Positions 48,404 to 59,606 of a stretch of DNA of 64,000 nucleotides are shown piece by piece; the stretch's first letter is position 1, and every line of letters starts with the position of its first letter. Location of the stretch: assembly GCA_963932905.1 (NCBI GenBank), contig CAWVRN010000005.1:1-64000 (forward strand). Reading direction: 5' to 3'. A model generated the notes under the pieces. That model was not told the DNA's origin and did no database searches. It worked only from the letters and a program-made list of their open reading frames with translations. Source of the stretch: an uncultured Bdellovibrio sp. (GTDB lineage Bacteria > Bdellovibrionota > Bdellovibrionia > Bdellovibrionales > Bdellovibrionaceae). The position numbers were made by a program, and so were the translations under genes.

Positions 48404-49078
48404 TTACATGTTGGCGTCGACTAATTTGAAATCAACTTGCACAAGGTGATTTCTCTTAACAATCGGTTGGCCGGATTCATCTAAGAACGGTTTGTACTTA
48501 AACTTAGAAACGGCACGACGGGCTTCTGTTTCGAAAACATTTAGTTTTTCGCCGCCGACTACTTTTAAGTTCTCAACAGAGCCATCTTGAAGAATATCAA
48601 CCTCTAAACGTACATTACCTTCGATACCTTGAGCTAAGGCTTCTTTAGGATATTTAGGTTTTACTTTATAGTAGGGAACGTCTGTGAAGTTATTATTGCT
48701 AACTACAGTTGTTTTTGGGGCTTCTTTAGGAGCTTCCTTTTGTAGGCCAGCGACGTCGGAAGATGAATCTTGCATTTCTTGAGCGGCAGCAACAGGAGTT
48801 GGCTCACTTTGAACTGGTTCAACATCAGGTTTCACTTCCACCTGATTTCTATCTTGAACTATTGTAGGTGGCTCTTCAAACTCCTGAAGTGCGAAGTCTA
48901 CATACGTTTCTTCAGGCGGCGCTGGTTCACTCACTTTGAAGTTGCCATATTTTAAGGCAACTACGGCAAGGATATGTAAGCCGATAGATAAACCCACCGA
49001 AATCGATGTGTTTTTATTAGTGTCATAGTCGCTCGATGACACTTTAGATTTGCTTTCTGTTTTTGCAACGTTTCCCAC
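48404..49078 (-). CDS. tonB: Energy transducer TonB
   Basis: TM with SxxxH (SIGLH), Pro/Glu linker and PKYPKEALAQGIEGNV C-terminal domain. Confidence 0.92.
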   Translation of the reverse strand: MGNVAKTESKSKVSSSDYDTNKNTSISVGLSIGLHILAVVALKYGNFKVSEPAPPEETYVDFALQEFEEPPTIVQDRNQVEVKPDVEPVQSEPTPVAAAQEMQDSSSDVAGLQKEAPKEAPKTTVVSNNNFTDVPYYKVKPKYPKEALAQGIEGNVRLEVDILQDGSVENLKVVGGEKLNVFETEARRAVSKFKYKPFLDESGQPIVKRNHLVQVDFKLVDANM

Positions 49079-49251
49079 TGTCAGACTCCCTCCATAACAT
49101 TCTCAAAGCACAGTCAGTTTAACCCCACATCCTGACTATACAAATTCCGAACCACCTTGTTCGGTGCCACATTGACTCAAGTCTTTGGCATTGATTTTGT
49201 TATCATAATCAAATAGATATCATTCGGGAAAGAAAAAAAGAGAGGGGAACA

Positions 49252-51858
49252 ATGAAATTTTTACGTCCTGGAGCGGTGGCTCCAAACACTACATATAGTG
49301 AAAAAAGTATCTTACTCAGAGCGTCGATAGCCGCTGTTTTAAGCGTGAGCTTGAGCGTTCCTGTTAGCGCACAAACCACAACTACGACAACTGCTCCATC
49401 AGCTCCAGCGGCGCCGGCGTCACGGGAAGTAGAAAAAGTTGAAGTTATCGGGACACGCATCCGTCGTCTAAATGTTGAAGGCCCTTCTGCCGTGAAAACA
49501 GTGAAGAAGGAACAGATGGAAGCTGCTGGTAACACCACGGTTTCTGATGCTCTTCGTGATACAAGTTCTGCGGCATTCGGTGTTTCTCGTGAAACTTCTG
49601 GGGGTAGCGCTGCGGCAACCAGCAATATTGGTTTACGTGGGCTCGGCTCCGCTAGAACTCTAATTTTATTAAACGGGCAACGACTTCCAAAAGATCCGTC
49701 GACTCAAGCTGTTGACTTAAATTTAATTCCACAAGCCGCAATCGAGAGAATTGAAATCTTAAAAGATGGTGCGTCGGCGCTTTACGGGTCTGATGCGTTG
49801 GGTGGGGTGATAAATATAGTAACTAAGAAGAATTTTACAGGGAACGAATTTTCAATACAAGAAACTATGCCTGAAAGAAAAGGTGCTAGTAACCTGAATA
49901 TGTCGCTAGTTACCGGGTCATCCTCTGATCGTTCTGACATGATGATTTCATTCAATCTAAACAGAAAAGAAAAACTGTTCGGAAAGGACCGCGAGTTGAC
50001 AGCGTCAGTTCTGTCACCGATTGGAACAGTTCCTGTCTACGCAGATGCTTCTGGTAATTATCAAGTTAGCCCAACAGATACTTGCCCACCTGAATTTTTA
50101 AAGGATAATCCATACGGCGATGGAAAGGCATGTTATTTTCGCCCTTTTGACATCGCAACTATTAGGCCATTAGTTAGCCAAATTAGTTTGCTTTCTGAGT
50201 ATACATATAGAACTGAATCTTCGATAAAGTTTTATAATAGAAATATCTTTGTTAATAAAGATATCGAGTGGAGTTATGCTCCAACCCCTTTAGACATTGA
50301 TTTAAGTTCAGGAACATCATCTGTGCCTAGTGCTAGGAATATTTTGTACCGTGATTTAAGTGCAGGAAATCGTGACAATCAAGACAGTGAAAGAAATTAT
50401 TCCTCACTTTTTGGGATCAAAGGAAATATCACTGACATTTGGGAGTTCAACTTGTCAGCCGGTGTGAGTCAGGTAAACAGAACAAATATTGGAGTAAATG
50501 GTTATATCGACAAAGCGGCTTTGGTAAGGATTATTACAAGTGGGGCATACGATCCTTTGAAAGCCCCTGGTTCTAGAGGCGATATTAGTCCTGCAAAAGT
50601 GGAAACCTTACAGAAGTCGGTCTCTGATCTATACACTACTGATCTTGTGTTCTCAGGAGAAGTGGGGGACCTAGAGAATGGACCAATTTCCGCGGCCGCA
50701 GGTTTTAGCGCTTGGAGCGAAAAATTAAATCAGAAAACTGATACTAAATCTGCAACTAAGCAAATAATCGGGAGTTCGGGTTCAAATGACAACGGCTCTC
50801 GCGAAGTTATTTCAGCGTATTCTGAGTTCAGTATTCCTGCTACGGCAGCATTAGAACTGAACATAGCTGCAAGAGTTGACAAATATTCAGATTTTGGAAC
50901 TACCGCAAATCCGAAGATTTCCGCAAAATATAAAATTGGAGATACTTCTCTTTTGAGGGCGTCAATTGGAACTGGCTTTAAAGCTCCTACTTTAACTCAA
51001 CTTTATAAGTCTACATCTGATGGATACGAGACTTTTATTGACAGATACGCATGTTCTCGAGCGGGCGGTACGGGCTCGGCGTGTAATGCAAATCAATATA
51101 AAGTTGTTAGTGGTGGTAACAAGGAATTAAAAGAGGAGAAAGCAATTACCGGAGGCTTTGGGGTAGTCTATGAACCGAGTGGTAATTTTTCTGTTAGTTC
51201 TGATATTTGGTATACAAAAATTTCGAATGCAGTCGGAATTGATTATGAAGCAATGACCGAGGCGGAATTGAAAGGTATTGACCCAACAAATTACGGGGTT
51301 TCTACAAATAGAAATGCAACAACGGGTCGACTTCAATCAACAAATCCAATTAATGCGCCTTTTCTAAACCTTCAAGAAGAGGAAATTACAGGAGTTGATA
51401 TAAGCGTGAATTCAAAAATTTCAGATTCTTTCTTGGGACATTCTTGGTCATTAGATGATGAATTGGGAATCATCGGCTATTATCAGCGTGAAGGTTTTCC
51501 GGGTGCTGGAAAGAGAAACGTTATTGGGGAATGGGGATATCCGAACTGGCGAAATACCGTTTCTACAACAGCTAAAAAAGATAAGATTTCTTATACTCTT
51601 GCATTAAGAACTATTCCTGGCCAGAAGATAATTGATAGAGCGGCTAGCGAGAAAATTACAGATATGAACGAGTTTGATTTAACTATCGTATATAAATATT
51701 CTGTTTCAGCTGCGTTTAATTTTGGAGTTAGAAACCTATTAGACTCTAAACCTCCATATGATAAGGCTGGAGGTTCGGGGGGGGCGCCTGAGGTTAATTC
51801 TGATTTGTACGATGTAAACCAAAGAACAGCATTTGTCGGATATTCTCAGAAATTTTAA
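49252..51858 (+). CDS. TonB-dependent outer membrane receptor
   Basis: Signal peptide, TonB box ([12 protein letters not shown]), plug motifs [13 protein letters not shown] and [29 protein letters not shown], terminal F. Confidence 0.95.
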   Translation: MKFLRPGAVAPNTTYSEKSILLRASIAAVLSVSLSVPVSAQTTTTTTAPSAPAAPASREVEKVEVIGTRIRRLNVEGPSAVKTVKKEQMEAAGNTTVSDALRDTSSAAFGVSRETSGGSAAATSNIGLRGLGSARTLILLNGQRLPKDPSTQAVDLNLIPQAAIERIEILKDGASALYGSDALGGVINIVTKKNFTGNEFSIQETMPERKGASNLNMSLVTGSSSDRSDMMISFNLNRKEKLFGKDRELTASVLSPIGTVPVYADASGNYQVSPTDTCPPEFLKDNPYGDGKACYFRPFDIATIRPLVSQISLLSEYTYRTESSIKFYNRNIFVNKDIEWSYAPTPLDIDLSSGTSSVPSARNILYRDLSAGNRDNQDSERNYSSLFGIKGNITDIWEFNLSAGVSQVNRTNIGVNGYIDKAALVRIITSGAYDPLKAPGSRGDISPAKVETLQKSVSDLYTTDLVFSGEVGDLENGPISAAAGFSAWSEKLNQKTDTKSATKQIIGSSGSNDNGSREVISAYSEFSIPATAALELNIAARVDKYSDFGTTANPKISAKYKIGDTSLLRASIGTGFKAPTLTQLYKSTSDGYETFIDRYACSRAGGTGSACNANQYKVVSGGNKELKEEKAITGGFGVVYEPSGNFSVSSDIWYTKISNAVGIDYEAMTEAELKGIDPTNYGVSTNRNATTGRLQSTNPINAPFLNLQEEEITGVDISVNSKISDSFLGHSWSLDDELGIIGYYQREGFPGAGKRNVIGEWGYPNWRNTVSTTAKKDKISYTLALRTIPGQKIIDRAASEKITDMNEFDLTIVYKYSVSAAFNFGVRNLLDSKPPYDKAGGSGGAPEVNSDLYDVNQRTAFVGYSQKF

Positions 51859-51885
51859 TGAGATAATCGAAGCAAGAAAACCAGT

Positions 51886-51919
51886 AAAAGCCAAGGCTAA
51901 TAACCTTGGCTTTTTTTTT
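51886..51919 (+). terminator. Intrinsic terminator after the TonB-dependent receptor
   Basis: AAAAGCCAAGG-ctaataa-CCTTGGC followed by T9. Confidence 0.85.
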
Positions 51920-51936
51920 AATTTTCTACTCGAAAT

Positions 51937-53904
51937 CTATCCCCTTTTTAGAATCTTACGAATTTCCGACAAAGAACGTTTCGATTCTGGCACACCCAGA
52001 GTTTGGCGGTATGAAAGATTAATCCAAATCGAAAACGCCTTTTCCAGTTCCGGCAGAAACGAACGGTAGTTTTCAGGTAATTGAGCGGCAATACGATTTT
52101 TCCAATGCACTGGTCCTTCAGTGTCTTTCTTTTGTAGTTCGAAGCGTGCCGCCCATTTATTGATTTCTTCAAAGCAGAGCTCGGAGAAGTTTTTCTTAAT
52201 ACCTCGGCGTTGGAATAAATTAATTGCTACTGAAATCAAGAATAAGAACACCAGGATAATGATCAAACCATTTCCTAGCGATAGATTTAAGCTTTTTAAA
52301 ATATCTTTTTGTTTGTCGAAATCGTATTCAAGAAGTAGCGTACTCCAGCGATAATTCACGTTATCAAACCACATGGAAAATTTTGAAAACACGTCGCCGC
52401 CGCGAAGTTTATTTTTGATTTCTTCCTCTGTCAGCAGGTCGTTGACGATCGAGTCATACATATTGAAGCCAAGTTCAATTCGTTGAGGAGCAACCACTGT
52501 GACGGGATCGACCATCACCCAACGGTTTTGTGAATTTACGTATTCTACCCACGCATGCGCATCTTTTTGCCGAACTGTCCAAAAACCCCCGACGGGATTG
52601 AATTCCCCGCCGTGGTAACCAACGATCACTCGCGCAGGAACGCCGCTGAGGCGAAACAACAGCGCCATGGCTGAAGCATAGTGTTCACAATAACCCTTTT
52701 TACTTTTGAATAGGAAATCATACAGGGTCAACTGCGGTTGATCGCCAGGATTTAAAGTATAGATAAAGCGATTTTCGGCAAAATAATCCAGTAAGGACTT
52801 GCTGATAGTCTCCGGAGTGGCGCCATTTTTTTTAAACTGAGTAGCTAAATTGTTTAGCTGTGTTTTCTGCTCGTCTGTTAATCCCAATAGATCGGGTTCG
52901 ACTCTGTTTCGTTCGATAGAGGCATTGGATGCGGATCGCTTTGCTGCTGAAATAGAGGCCTGGATAAAAGCCTTTTTTTCTATAAATGTATCGAATCTAA
53001 AATTAAAGTTGGAGTCGTAATATATCGGATATCCTTCTGCTGCCATTTTGTCTGTGTTTTTAAGCGAAAAAACTTGAACTTTATAATGAGGCTCCAGAAT
53101 TAATCGGTAGTCGACTTCGACCGGCGCAGCGGAAATCCGTAAGCCGTCGTTGTCTCTTATAGCCGTCCAAGCCATTTGGTTTGGTTTTTCCAAAGTCAGT
53201 CCACTGAAGTAAAGTTCCGACAGATTAAATCGGTTATTAAAAAGTTCTAAGCGCATTACAATTTCGTTGTTTTGGCTGAGCTGCGAAATCGAGCCGGGTG
53301 AAACGCTGTCTGAAAAGCCTGACGATCCATAACGTGAGTTTGTAGGAATTTCTAGTAGAGTCTTTGTAATTCGCGGTAACAAAATAAACATCGCTGCCGC
53401 CATAGGTATCGCCAGGAGGACGACCTTCCCAAGATATCTTAATGCGAGTTGACGACTACCTTTTAACCACGCATTTGGGAAAAGATTTAGCGTTAGACTA
53501 GCGTAAATCGGAAGTGATAACAGCAGATAGGTTAGATCGTACGAGAATAAAAATTTCGAGCTGATTAAAAAAAATCCAAGCAAAACTAGGAAATCTTTTT
53601 CCGATTCATCACTGAACTCTAGTGCTTTAAGTCCCGACAAAATAATAATAAAGCTTGCTGCGGGTTCTTTTCCCATGAGCGTTCTGAAATCAAGAAGAAT
53701 GACTACTAGGGCTAGAAAGGAAAGGAAGCCGGTAACTTTTCTAGAGGGTATTGTGAAATCGAACAAATGACAAAATAATCGCCACATCCAAAAGAGTATG
53801 CCTAGGGAGAAACACCAAATAGGGACATCGGGGAATAGTAATAATGTCGAAAAGAAAATAGAGATAGCTAAACTTCGATAGTCTTTGAATAACAAATCAC
53901 TCAT
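51937..53904 (-). CDS. DUF3488/transglutaminase-like membrane protein (TgpA-like)
   Basis: N-terminal TMs; GFSDSVSPGSISQL, KGYCEHYASA, HAWVE and W..VDP catalytic triad motifs. Confidence 0.9.
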   Translation of the reverse strand: MSDLLFKDYRSLAISIFFSTLLLFPDVPIWCFSLGILFWMWRLFCHLFDFTIPSRKVTGFLSFLALVVILLDFRTLMGKEPAASFIIILSGLKALEFSDESEKDFLVLLGFFLISSKFLFSYDLTYLLLSLPIYASLTLNLFPNAWLKGSRQLALRYLGKVVLLAIPMAAAMFILLPRITKTLLEIPTNSRYGSSGFSDSVSPGSISQLSQNNEIVMRLELFNNRFNLSELYFSGLTLEKPNQMAWTAIRDNDGLRISAAPVEVDYRLILEPHYKVQVFSLKNTDKMAAEGYPIYYDSNFNFRFDTFIEKKAFIQASISAAKRSASNASIERNRVEPDLLGLTDEQKTQLNNLATQFKKNGATPETISKSLLDYFAENRFIYTLNPGDQPQLTLYDFLFKSKKGYCEHYASAMALLFRLSGVPARVIVGYHGGEFNPVGGFWTVRQKDAHAWVEYVNSQNRWVMVDPVTVVAPQRIELGFNMYDSIVNDLLTEEEIKNKLRGGDVFSKFSMWFDNVNYRWSTLLLEYDFDKQKDILKSLNLSLGNGLIIILVFLFLISVAINLFQRRGIKKNFSELCFEEINKWAARFELQKKDTEGPVHWKNRIAAQLPENYRSFLPELEKAFSIWINLSYRQTLGVPESKRSLSEIRKILKRG

Positions 53905-54917
53905 AGGACATCCTCAGCCGATATTACGCTAAGCTTTTCAAACGTTGTTTCGCATTTTTTTCTATCATCTAAAAATAGGATCTCGTCTTCGGCTGTTTTG
54001 ATTACAAAAAGCGTGTTCCATTTTTGAGCCTCGAATATCCATTTAGTAAGCTGTGTTAAACGTTTCTCGATATCTGCTCGATTGATAAAATAGTCTTTAA
54101 AATCCACATAACAAATTCGTGAACTTTCTGTCTCATATGTTTTGACATAGAGCTTGTTTTTCCGTGCAAAGACCTTCCAGTCGATTCGCTTATAATTATC
54201 ATACCGGTTGTATTCACGATGCCCAAAAAAACTGTCTGATTTTGAATCCAAATGCGCCGAAGTTAAATCAAGTTTTTTACTAAGTTCTTCTTCAGAGCTG
54301 TAGGGTGGGTCCTGTGTGCCTTCGCGCGCCGGATAAACAAAGAACTGTTCCGGCCAACTGAGGCGCTTCCAAGAGTAAAACAGATTGAAAGGGAATTTAC
54401 TGGATAAATGAATTCTTGAATAGGCGTGCCGACCCCGGGTCATTTGTGTCAATGGTAGCTCGATCGTTTTAAACGAATTTGGCGGGATTTCCGGGATCAC
54501 CGCGCTGATTTTAAAATCGGTTAGTTCTACCTGAATAAACCGTGCAAAGTATTTCGAATGATTGTTCTGTAGTGTGATTTTGATAGAACCCGTTTCGTCC
54601 TGAAAAAAGTTACGGATGAATAGTTCTGATATTTCGACGGATTTGATATTATTGTTGGTTAAGTGCATGGCTATGAATAGGATGCTGGAATAAAAGAACG
54701 CAATTAGGTAAATCAGCTGATTGGCGTAGGTGTACGCTAGCGCGATCAGCACTAAAATACCACTTCCAAAATAAAAACCAAAGCGACTGGGGATGATGTA
54801 CGGTCGTTTTTGTTTTTTAGATTTTGCGTGCGGTGTCCACCTAGACGGGAACTTTGGTGCCCTGAAGTATTTCTTCAGCCAGTTTCTTTCCAACTTTGAC
54901 TCCTTCGGATAGACCAA
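53901..54917 (-). CDS. DUF58 domain protein
   Basis: PSRFG, SKFPFNLF, VYPA and FFGHREY..D.YKRIDWKVFAR; sits between moxR and the transglutaminase; start uncertain. Confidence 0.85.
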   Translation of the reverse strand: MVYPKESKLERNWLKKYFRAPKFPSRWTPHAKSKKQKRPYIIPSRFGFYFGSGILVLIALAYTYANQLIYLIAFFYSSILFIAMHLTNNNIKSVEISELFIRNFFQDETGSIKITLQNNHSKYFARFIQVELTDFKISAVIPEIPPNSFKTIELPLTQMTRGRHAYSRIHLSSKFPFNLFYSWKRLSWPEQFFVYPAREGTQDPPYSSEEELSKKLDLTSAHLDSKSDSFFGHREYNRYDNYKRIDWKVFARKNKLYVKTYETESSRICYVDFKDYFINRADIEKRLTQLTKWIFEAQKWNTLFVIKTAEDEILFLDDRKKCETTFEKLSVISAEDVL

Positions 54918-55752
54918 GGCGGTGGCCCATCACCGCGACAAAAACTTTTTGAACATCTTCCGGAATTACGTGATCACGATCTTGAATATAAGCATAGGAT
55001 TTGGCTGCTTTAGATAGTGATAATCCACTGCGGGTCGAAAGAGGTGGATAGCTTTGATTTTTACGAGTGTAGTTAAGAAGTTCGTATATATATTCAGCAA
55101 TCAAAGGTGAAATGAAAACTTTGCGCGCATTATCTTGATGCATGATAATTTCGGCTTTAGAAATTAATGTGTTTAAATTCTTTAATGCCAAACGTGCATC
55201 TGAGCCTTGGAAGATTTTTAATTCAGAATTTTTATTTGCGTAGTTTAATTCAAATGCCATTAAGAAACGATCTAGTTGGGATTCTGGTAAGCTAAATGTG
55301 CCGACTTGTTGCTTTGGATTTTGGGTCGCAATCAAGATAAAGGGCTTTGGTAAGGCGTACGTATGCTTATCTTGGGATACTTCAAATTCTTCCATCGCTT
55401 GAAGCAGGGCACTTTGGGTTCTAGGATTGGCACGATTTAGTTCATCCGCTAAAACTAGGTGCGAAAATAAAGGTCCTTCGAAAAATTTGAATTCTTTTTT
55501 TTCGGGATCATAAATGGAATTCCCAATGATATCTGACGGCAATAAATCATTCGTAAATTGAATACGCGAAAATTTGAAATCTAAAAGTTTTGCTAGAGCC
55601 TGAACTAACGTTGTCTTGCCAACACCTGGGACATCTTCGATAAGTAGATGGCCCTCACTCAGTATGCACGTCAGGGCTAATAGGGTTTCTTCGTCTTTAT
55701 CTAGAATAACTTCGCTAGCGGATTTTACAACGTTTTGGAAAATGGATTTCAT
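54841..55752 (-). CDS. moxR: MoxR family AAA+ ATPase
   Basis: EDVPGVGKTT, RIQFTNDLLPSD, ADELNRA, ATQNP and LPESQLDRF. Confidence 0.95.
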   Translation of the reverse strand: MKSIFQNVVKSASEVILDKDEETLLALTCILSEGHLLIEDVPGVGKTTLVQALAKLLDFKFSRIQFTNDLLPSDIIGNSIYDPEKKEFKFFEGPLFSHLVLADELNRANPRTQSALLQAMEEFEVSQDKHTYALPKPFILIATQNPKQQVGTFSLPESQLDRFLMAFELNYANKNSELKIFQGSDARLALKNLNTLISKAEIIMHQDNARKVFISPLIAEYIYELLNYTRKNQSYPPLSTRSGLSLSKAAKSYAYIQDRDHVIPEDVQKVFVAVMGHRLGLSEGVKVGKKLAEEILQGTKVPV

Positions 55753-55760
55753 CCATTTAA

Positions 55761-56087
55761 TTAGACATTAAAACTACTACCACATCCACAGTTTTTTGTA
55801 GCGTTTGGATTATTAAAAACAAAACCTTTGCCGTTCAATCCGCCCGAGTAGTCTAAGGTCATGCCAATGATATAAAGGTAGCTACTGGTGTCAACTACGA
55901 CTTTGGTATTGAACTGTTCAAATACTTTGTCACCGGCTTTCATTTCAGAATCGAAATCCATTTTATAAGATAAACCAGAGCATCCGCCTTTTTTAACTTG
56001 AACGCGGAGGAAATGAGATACATCACGGTTTTCTTCAGATTTTAAATTTTCAATTCGTTTAGCAGCAGACTCTGAAATTTGAATCAT
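55761..56087 (-). CDS. iscA: A-type Fe-S cluster carrier (IscA/HesB family)
   Basis: GGCSGLSY and NPNATKNCGCGSSF. Confidence 0.92.
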   Translation of the reverse strand: MIQISESAAKRIENLKSEENRDVSHFLRVQVKKGGCSGLSYKMDFDSEMKAGDKVFEQFNTKVVVDTSSYLYIIGMTLDYSGGLNGKGFVFNNPNATKNCGCGSSFNV

Positions 56088-56211
56088 AATCGATGGCTCC
56101 AGTTAAGTGGCAGAATAACAAATCTGGACCTGGGTTTCAACGGCTAAGTCGCTGAGGTTGACGGGAAACAAAGGCAGATTTAGGGCCATTTCCCCGCTTG
56201 AATTCAGCGGC

Positions 56212-57381
56212 TTAAGTTGGACCTATTGGTTTTAAGGATTTAAAGCGTTCTAAAGTCGTTACGATGTCTTCGGCAGTGGTGTAACGACCCACGCTGAGTC
56301 TAAGGGTGCGCGATGCCTCTTCGGGAGTTAAGCCAATACCTTTAAGCACGTGGCTGGCCGAAATTTTTCCGGTGCTACACGCAGAGCCCGTCGACACCCC
56401 GACGCCTGGAATACGTAATGATAAATCGCCACCTAAGCGTTCGGGGAACGTGATGGATAAATTGATTGGACTACGCTGTTTGATATCGGTGGGACCATTT
56501 AATTGAATATCTGGAAAAATTTGTTTCAATCCCGTAAGTAACTGTTCAAGTAATTGATGATAATGTTTTGTTTCGTGATCAAAATTCGATTGGATCATTT
56601 CACACGCTTTACCGATGCCCACAATACCAGGGACGTTAAGAGTCCCTGAGCGTTGGCCGTTCTCTTGGCCGCCACCTAAAAACAATGGATCGATATCAAC
56701 AAACGGATCTTTGCGACGTTTGAAAAGAACTCCGACACCTTTGGGTCCATATATTTTATGACCAGAAAATGAAAGTAAATCGATCGGTAGGTTTTTCAAA
56801 TTCATTGGGATTTTACCCACGGCTTGGGTTCCATCCGTGTGAAAGTAAATATGATGAGCGCGGGCTAAATTACCAATAGCCACAACGTCGTTGATTGAAC
56901 CGACTTCATTGTTAACCCACATGATAGAAATCAAACGGGTGTGAGGTTTAATTTTAGATTTGACATCTTCAACACTAACTAGACCTTGCTTATTTACGTT
57001 TAAGAAATCGACCTCAACACCCAGTTCTTGCAAGTATTTTAAACTGTTCAAGATAGAATTATGTTCGATCACGCACGAAATAATATGAATTTTCTCACCA
57101 GGTGATTTGCGTTGCAGATGATGTACTAAACCGAATAGCGCCCAGTTGTTACTTTCCGTTGCTCCGGATGTAAAGGTGATTTCTTTATTGTCGCAGCCGA
57201 TAAGATTGGCAACTTGTGATCGAGCCGTATTAACCGCTTTATCGGCGGCCCATCCCCAGGGGTGACCTTGGGACGAAGGGTTCCCGAAATCATCCTTTAA
57301 AAATGAAATCATGGCATCAAGAACTTTAGGATCCACCGGAGTGGATGAGTTATAATCTAGGTAAATCGAAGGACTAGTCAT
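56212..57381 (-). CDS. iscS: Cysteine desulfurase (group I, IscS/NifS-like)
   Basis: YLDYNSSTP, TSGATESNN, SGHKIYGPKG, RSGTLN and STGSAC. Confidence 0.9.
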   Translation of the reverse strand: MTSPSIYLDYNSSTPVDPKVLDAMISFLKDDFGNPSSQGHPWGWAADKAVNTARSQVANLIGCDNKEITFTSGATESNNWALFGLVHHLQRKSPGEKIHIISCVIEHNSILNSLKYLQELGVEVDFLNVNKQGLVSVEDVKSKIKPHTRLISIMWVNNEVGSINDVVAIGNLARAHHIYFHTDGTQAVGKIPMNLKNLPIDLLSFSGHKIYGPKGVGVLFKRRKDPFVDIDPLFLGGGQENGQRSGTLNVPGIVGIGKACEMIQSNFDHETKHYHQLLEQLLTGLKQIFPDIQLNGPTDIKQRSPINLSITFPERLGGDLSLRIPGVGVSTGSACSTGKISASHVLKGIGLTPEEASRTLRLSVGRYTTAEDIVTTLERFKSLKPIGPT

Positions 57382-57431
57382 ACTTGTCCATTATAGAGTC
57401 TTCCCGTAAAATTCATAGTGAAAAGGATCAA

Positions 57432-59606
57432 ATGACACGAGTAAAAATTCAGACACGACTTAGAATTCCGCCCCAATATACAGAATCTAGACCGGCCGAA
57501 AGTTTTTTCAAATGGAAGAAATTTGATAGCGAGATTTTGGATAGCGAACAAAAGTCATTTTTTAAGCGCACTAATTTGGAGTTTCCTGATTTTTGGTCTT
57601 CGTTCTCTATTGATATCACAGCCAGCAAATATTTTAGAACTGTGAACGGTAAGCAAGAATCCTCTCTGAAGCAGCTGGTAGAACGTGTAACAAAAAAATT
57701 AAAATCAGAATCAGTTAAGCAAGGTTATCTAGATGCTAAAAACGCGCGTATTTTTGAGAACGAATTGAAATATATTCTATATAGTCAGCGCGCGGCTTTT
57801 AATAGTCCCGTTTGGTTTAACTTGGGAGTTTTTAAACAACCACAAACGTCAGCGTGTTTTATTCAAAGTGCGGGGGATTCGCTAGAAGAAATTTTTGATT
57901 TGCTGAAAAACGAGAGTCAGATATTTAAATATGGCTCCGGTTCCGGAAGTAATTTTTCTAATTTACGCAGCTATCACGAAAAATTGGATACCGGTGGGTA
58001 TTCGTCCGGATTGCTGGCGTTTCTAAATGTATTCGATACCGCGGCTGGTGCGATCAAATCAGGTGGCATCACTCGTCGTGCTGCTAAGATGGTCATTTTG
58101 GACGTTGATCATCCCGAGATAGAGGACTTTATCAATTTAAAATCTCATGAGGAAGATAAAGCAGAAGCCTTGCAGAAAGCAGGGTTTAACGCGGACTTCG
58201 AGGGTGAAATTTTAGCATCTTTAAAAGGCCAAAACGCTAACAATTCAGTGCGCGTGACAGACGAGTTCATGAGGGCCGTCGAGCAAAACAAAAAGTGGGC
58301 GTTGCGCGCAAGAAAAAATAAGGCCGTTATTAAGACTGTCGCCGCTAAAGAGCTATGGCAGAGTATCGCCAAAGCCGCCCATCGCTGCGCGGATCCTGGC
58401 CTGCAGTTTCACGATACAATCAACAAATGGAATCCCTGCGCAGAATCGGATCAAATCTATGGATCTAATCCTTGTTCGGAATTTATGTTTTTGAATGATA
58501 CTAGTTGTAATTTGGCGTCGATAAACTTGATTCACTTTTTAGATAAGGAAAACAATTTCTTATTAGAGGAATTCAAGCATACGATAAAAATTATTTTTTT
58601 AGCACAAGAATTATTGATCGATTTTTCGAAATACCCGACGGCTAAAATAGAAATTAATTCACATAGCTTCCGTCCATTGGGGTTAGGATTTACTAATCTG
58701 GGGTCCTTCTTTTTAAAGCTAGGTATTGCCTATGATGGTGATGAAGCTCGCTGTTGGGCGTCGTTTATTACCTCACTGATGACGTCAGAAGCGTATATCA
58801 ATAGCCACGACTTTGCCAAGGTCCGCGGACCATTTAAACACTATGGGAAAAATAAAAGAAGTTTCACTCGTGTTATGAAACTGCATGCTAATGAAAACGA
58901 AAAAATAAATTGGAATCTTCTGCCGAAGGAATTTAAATCAGTGTGCCAGGCTAACTGGAAAAATATCGTCAAGTACGCAGCCGGTAAGGGTTTTCGTAAT
59001 GCCCAGGCGACGGTCATTGCACCGACCGGAACGATAAGTTTCTTCATGAATGCTGAAACCACAGGGATCGAACCAGAATTTTCATTTATCAAGTACAAAA
59101 ATTTAGTTACTGGCAAGAAAGATAGTGCGGGAGTTAAAATTAAATTTGTAAATCAGTGTTTCGAGCAGGCGTTGAAAACGCTAAATTATTCGGCTCAAGA
59201 AATTGAAACTATTAAAAACAAGTTACTTCACACCGGGTACCTAGATGAAAAACTTTTGAAGTCGGCGGCTCATAAAAAGGTCTTCCAAACGGCAGTAGGC
59301 AGCGATCCGATTTCATCGGAAGCCCATCTTCAAATGATGGCAGCCGTGCAGCCGTTTGTATCGGGTGCTATTTCAAAGACCATCAATTTGCCTTCAAGTA
59401 GCACAGTCGACGACGTAGCCAGAGCTTATTTAAAAGCTTGGGAACTAGGTCTAAAATCTGTCGCCATTTATCGAGATAAAAGTAAACTTGCGCAGCCATT
59501 AGAGCCTTTGGAAGGTCCTAAATGTGGCGATTGCAATAGTCCGACGGAACTGCGTGGTGGTTGTTTTGTATGTTTAAATTGCGGAACCAGTATTGCGTGC
59601 GGTTAG
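57432..59606 (+). CDS. nrdJ: Vitamin B12-dependent (class II) ribonucleotide reductase
   Basis: FNSPVWFN, SACFI, TRRAAKM, NPCSE, CNLAS, IAPTGTIS, AISKTIN and a C-terminal 4-Cys ribbon; start taken at MTRVK. Confidence 0.93.
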   Translation: MTRVKIQTRLRIPPQYTESRPAESFFKWKKFDSEILDSEQKSFFKRTNLEFPDFWSSFSIDITASKYFRTVNGKQESSLKQLVERVTKKLKSESVKQGYLDAKNARIFENELKYILYSQRAAFNSPVWFNLGVFKQPQTSACFIQSAGDSLEEIFDLLKNESQIFKYGSGSGSNFSNLRSYHEKLDTGGYSSGLLAFLNVFDTAAGAIKSGGITRRAAKMVILDVDHPEIEDFINLKSHEEDKAEALQKAGFNADFEGEILASLKGQNANNSVRVTDEFMRAVEQNKKWALRARKNKAVIKTVAAKELWQSIAKAAHRCADPGLQFHDTINKWNPCAESDQIYGSNPCSEFMFLNDTSCNLASINLIHFLDKENNFLLEEFKHTIKIIFLAQELLIDFSKYPTAKIEINSHSFRPLGLGFTNLGSFFLKLGIAYDGDEARCWASFITSLMTSEAYINSHDFAKVRGPFKHYGKNKRSFTRVMKLHANENEKINWNLLPKEFKSVCQANWKNIVKYAAGKGFRNAQATVIAPTGTISFFMNAETTGIEPEFSFIKYKNLVTGKKDSAGVKIKFVNQCFEQALKTLNYSAQEIETIKNKLLHTGYLDEKLLKSAAHKKVFQTAVGSDPISSEAHLQMMAAVQPFVSGAISKTINLPSSSTVDDVARAYLKAWELGLKSVAIYRDKSKLAQPLEPLEGPKCGDCNSPTELRGGCFVCLNCGTSIACG

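Noticed and set aside
49079..49251. Fur box or cobalamin riboswitch upstream of the TonB-dependent receptor
   Set aside because: Only a partial GATAAT-like match in AT-rich DNA, and no B12-box elements visible.
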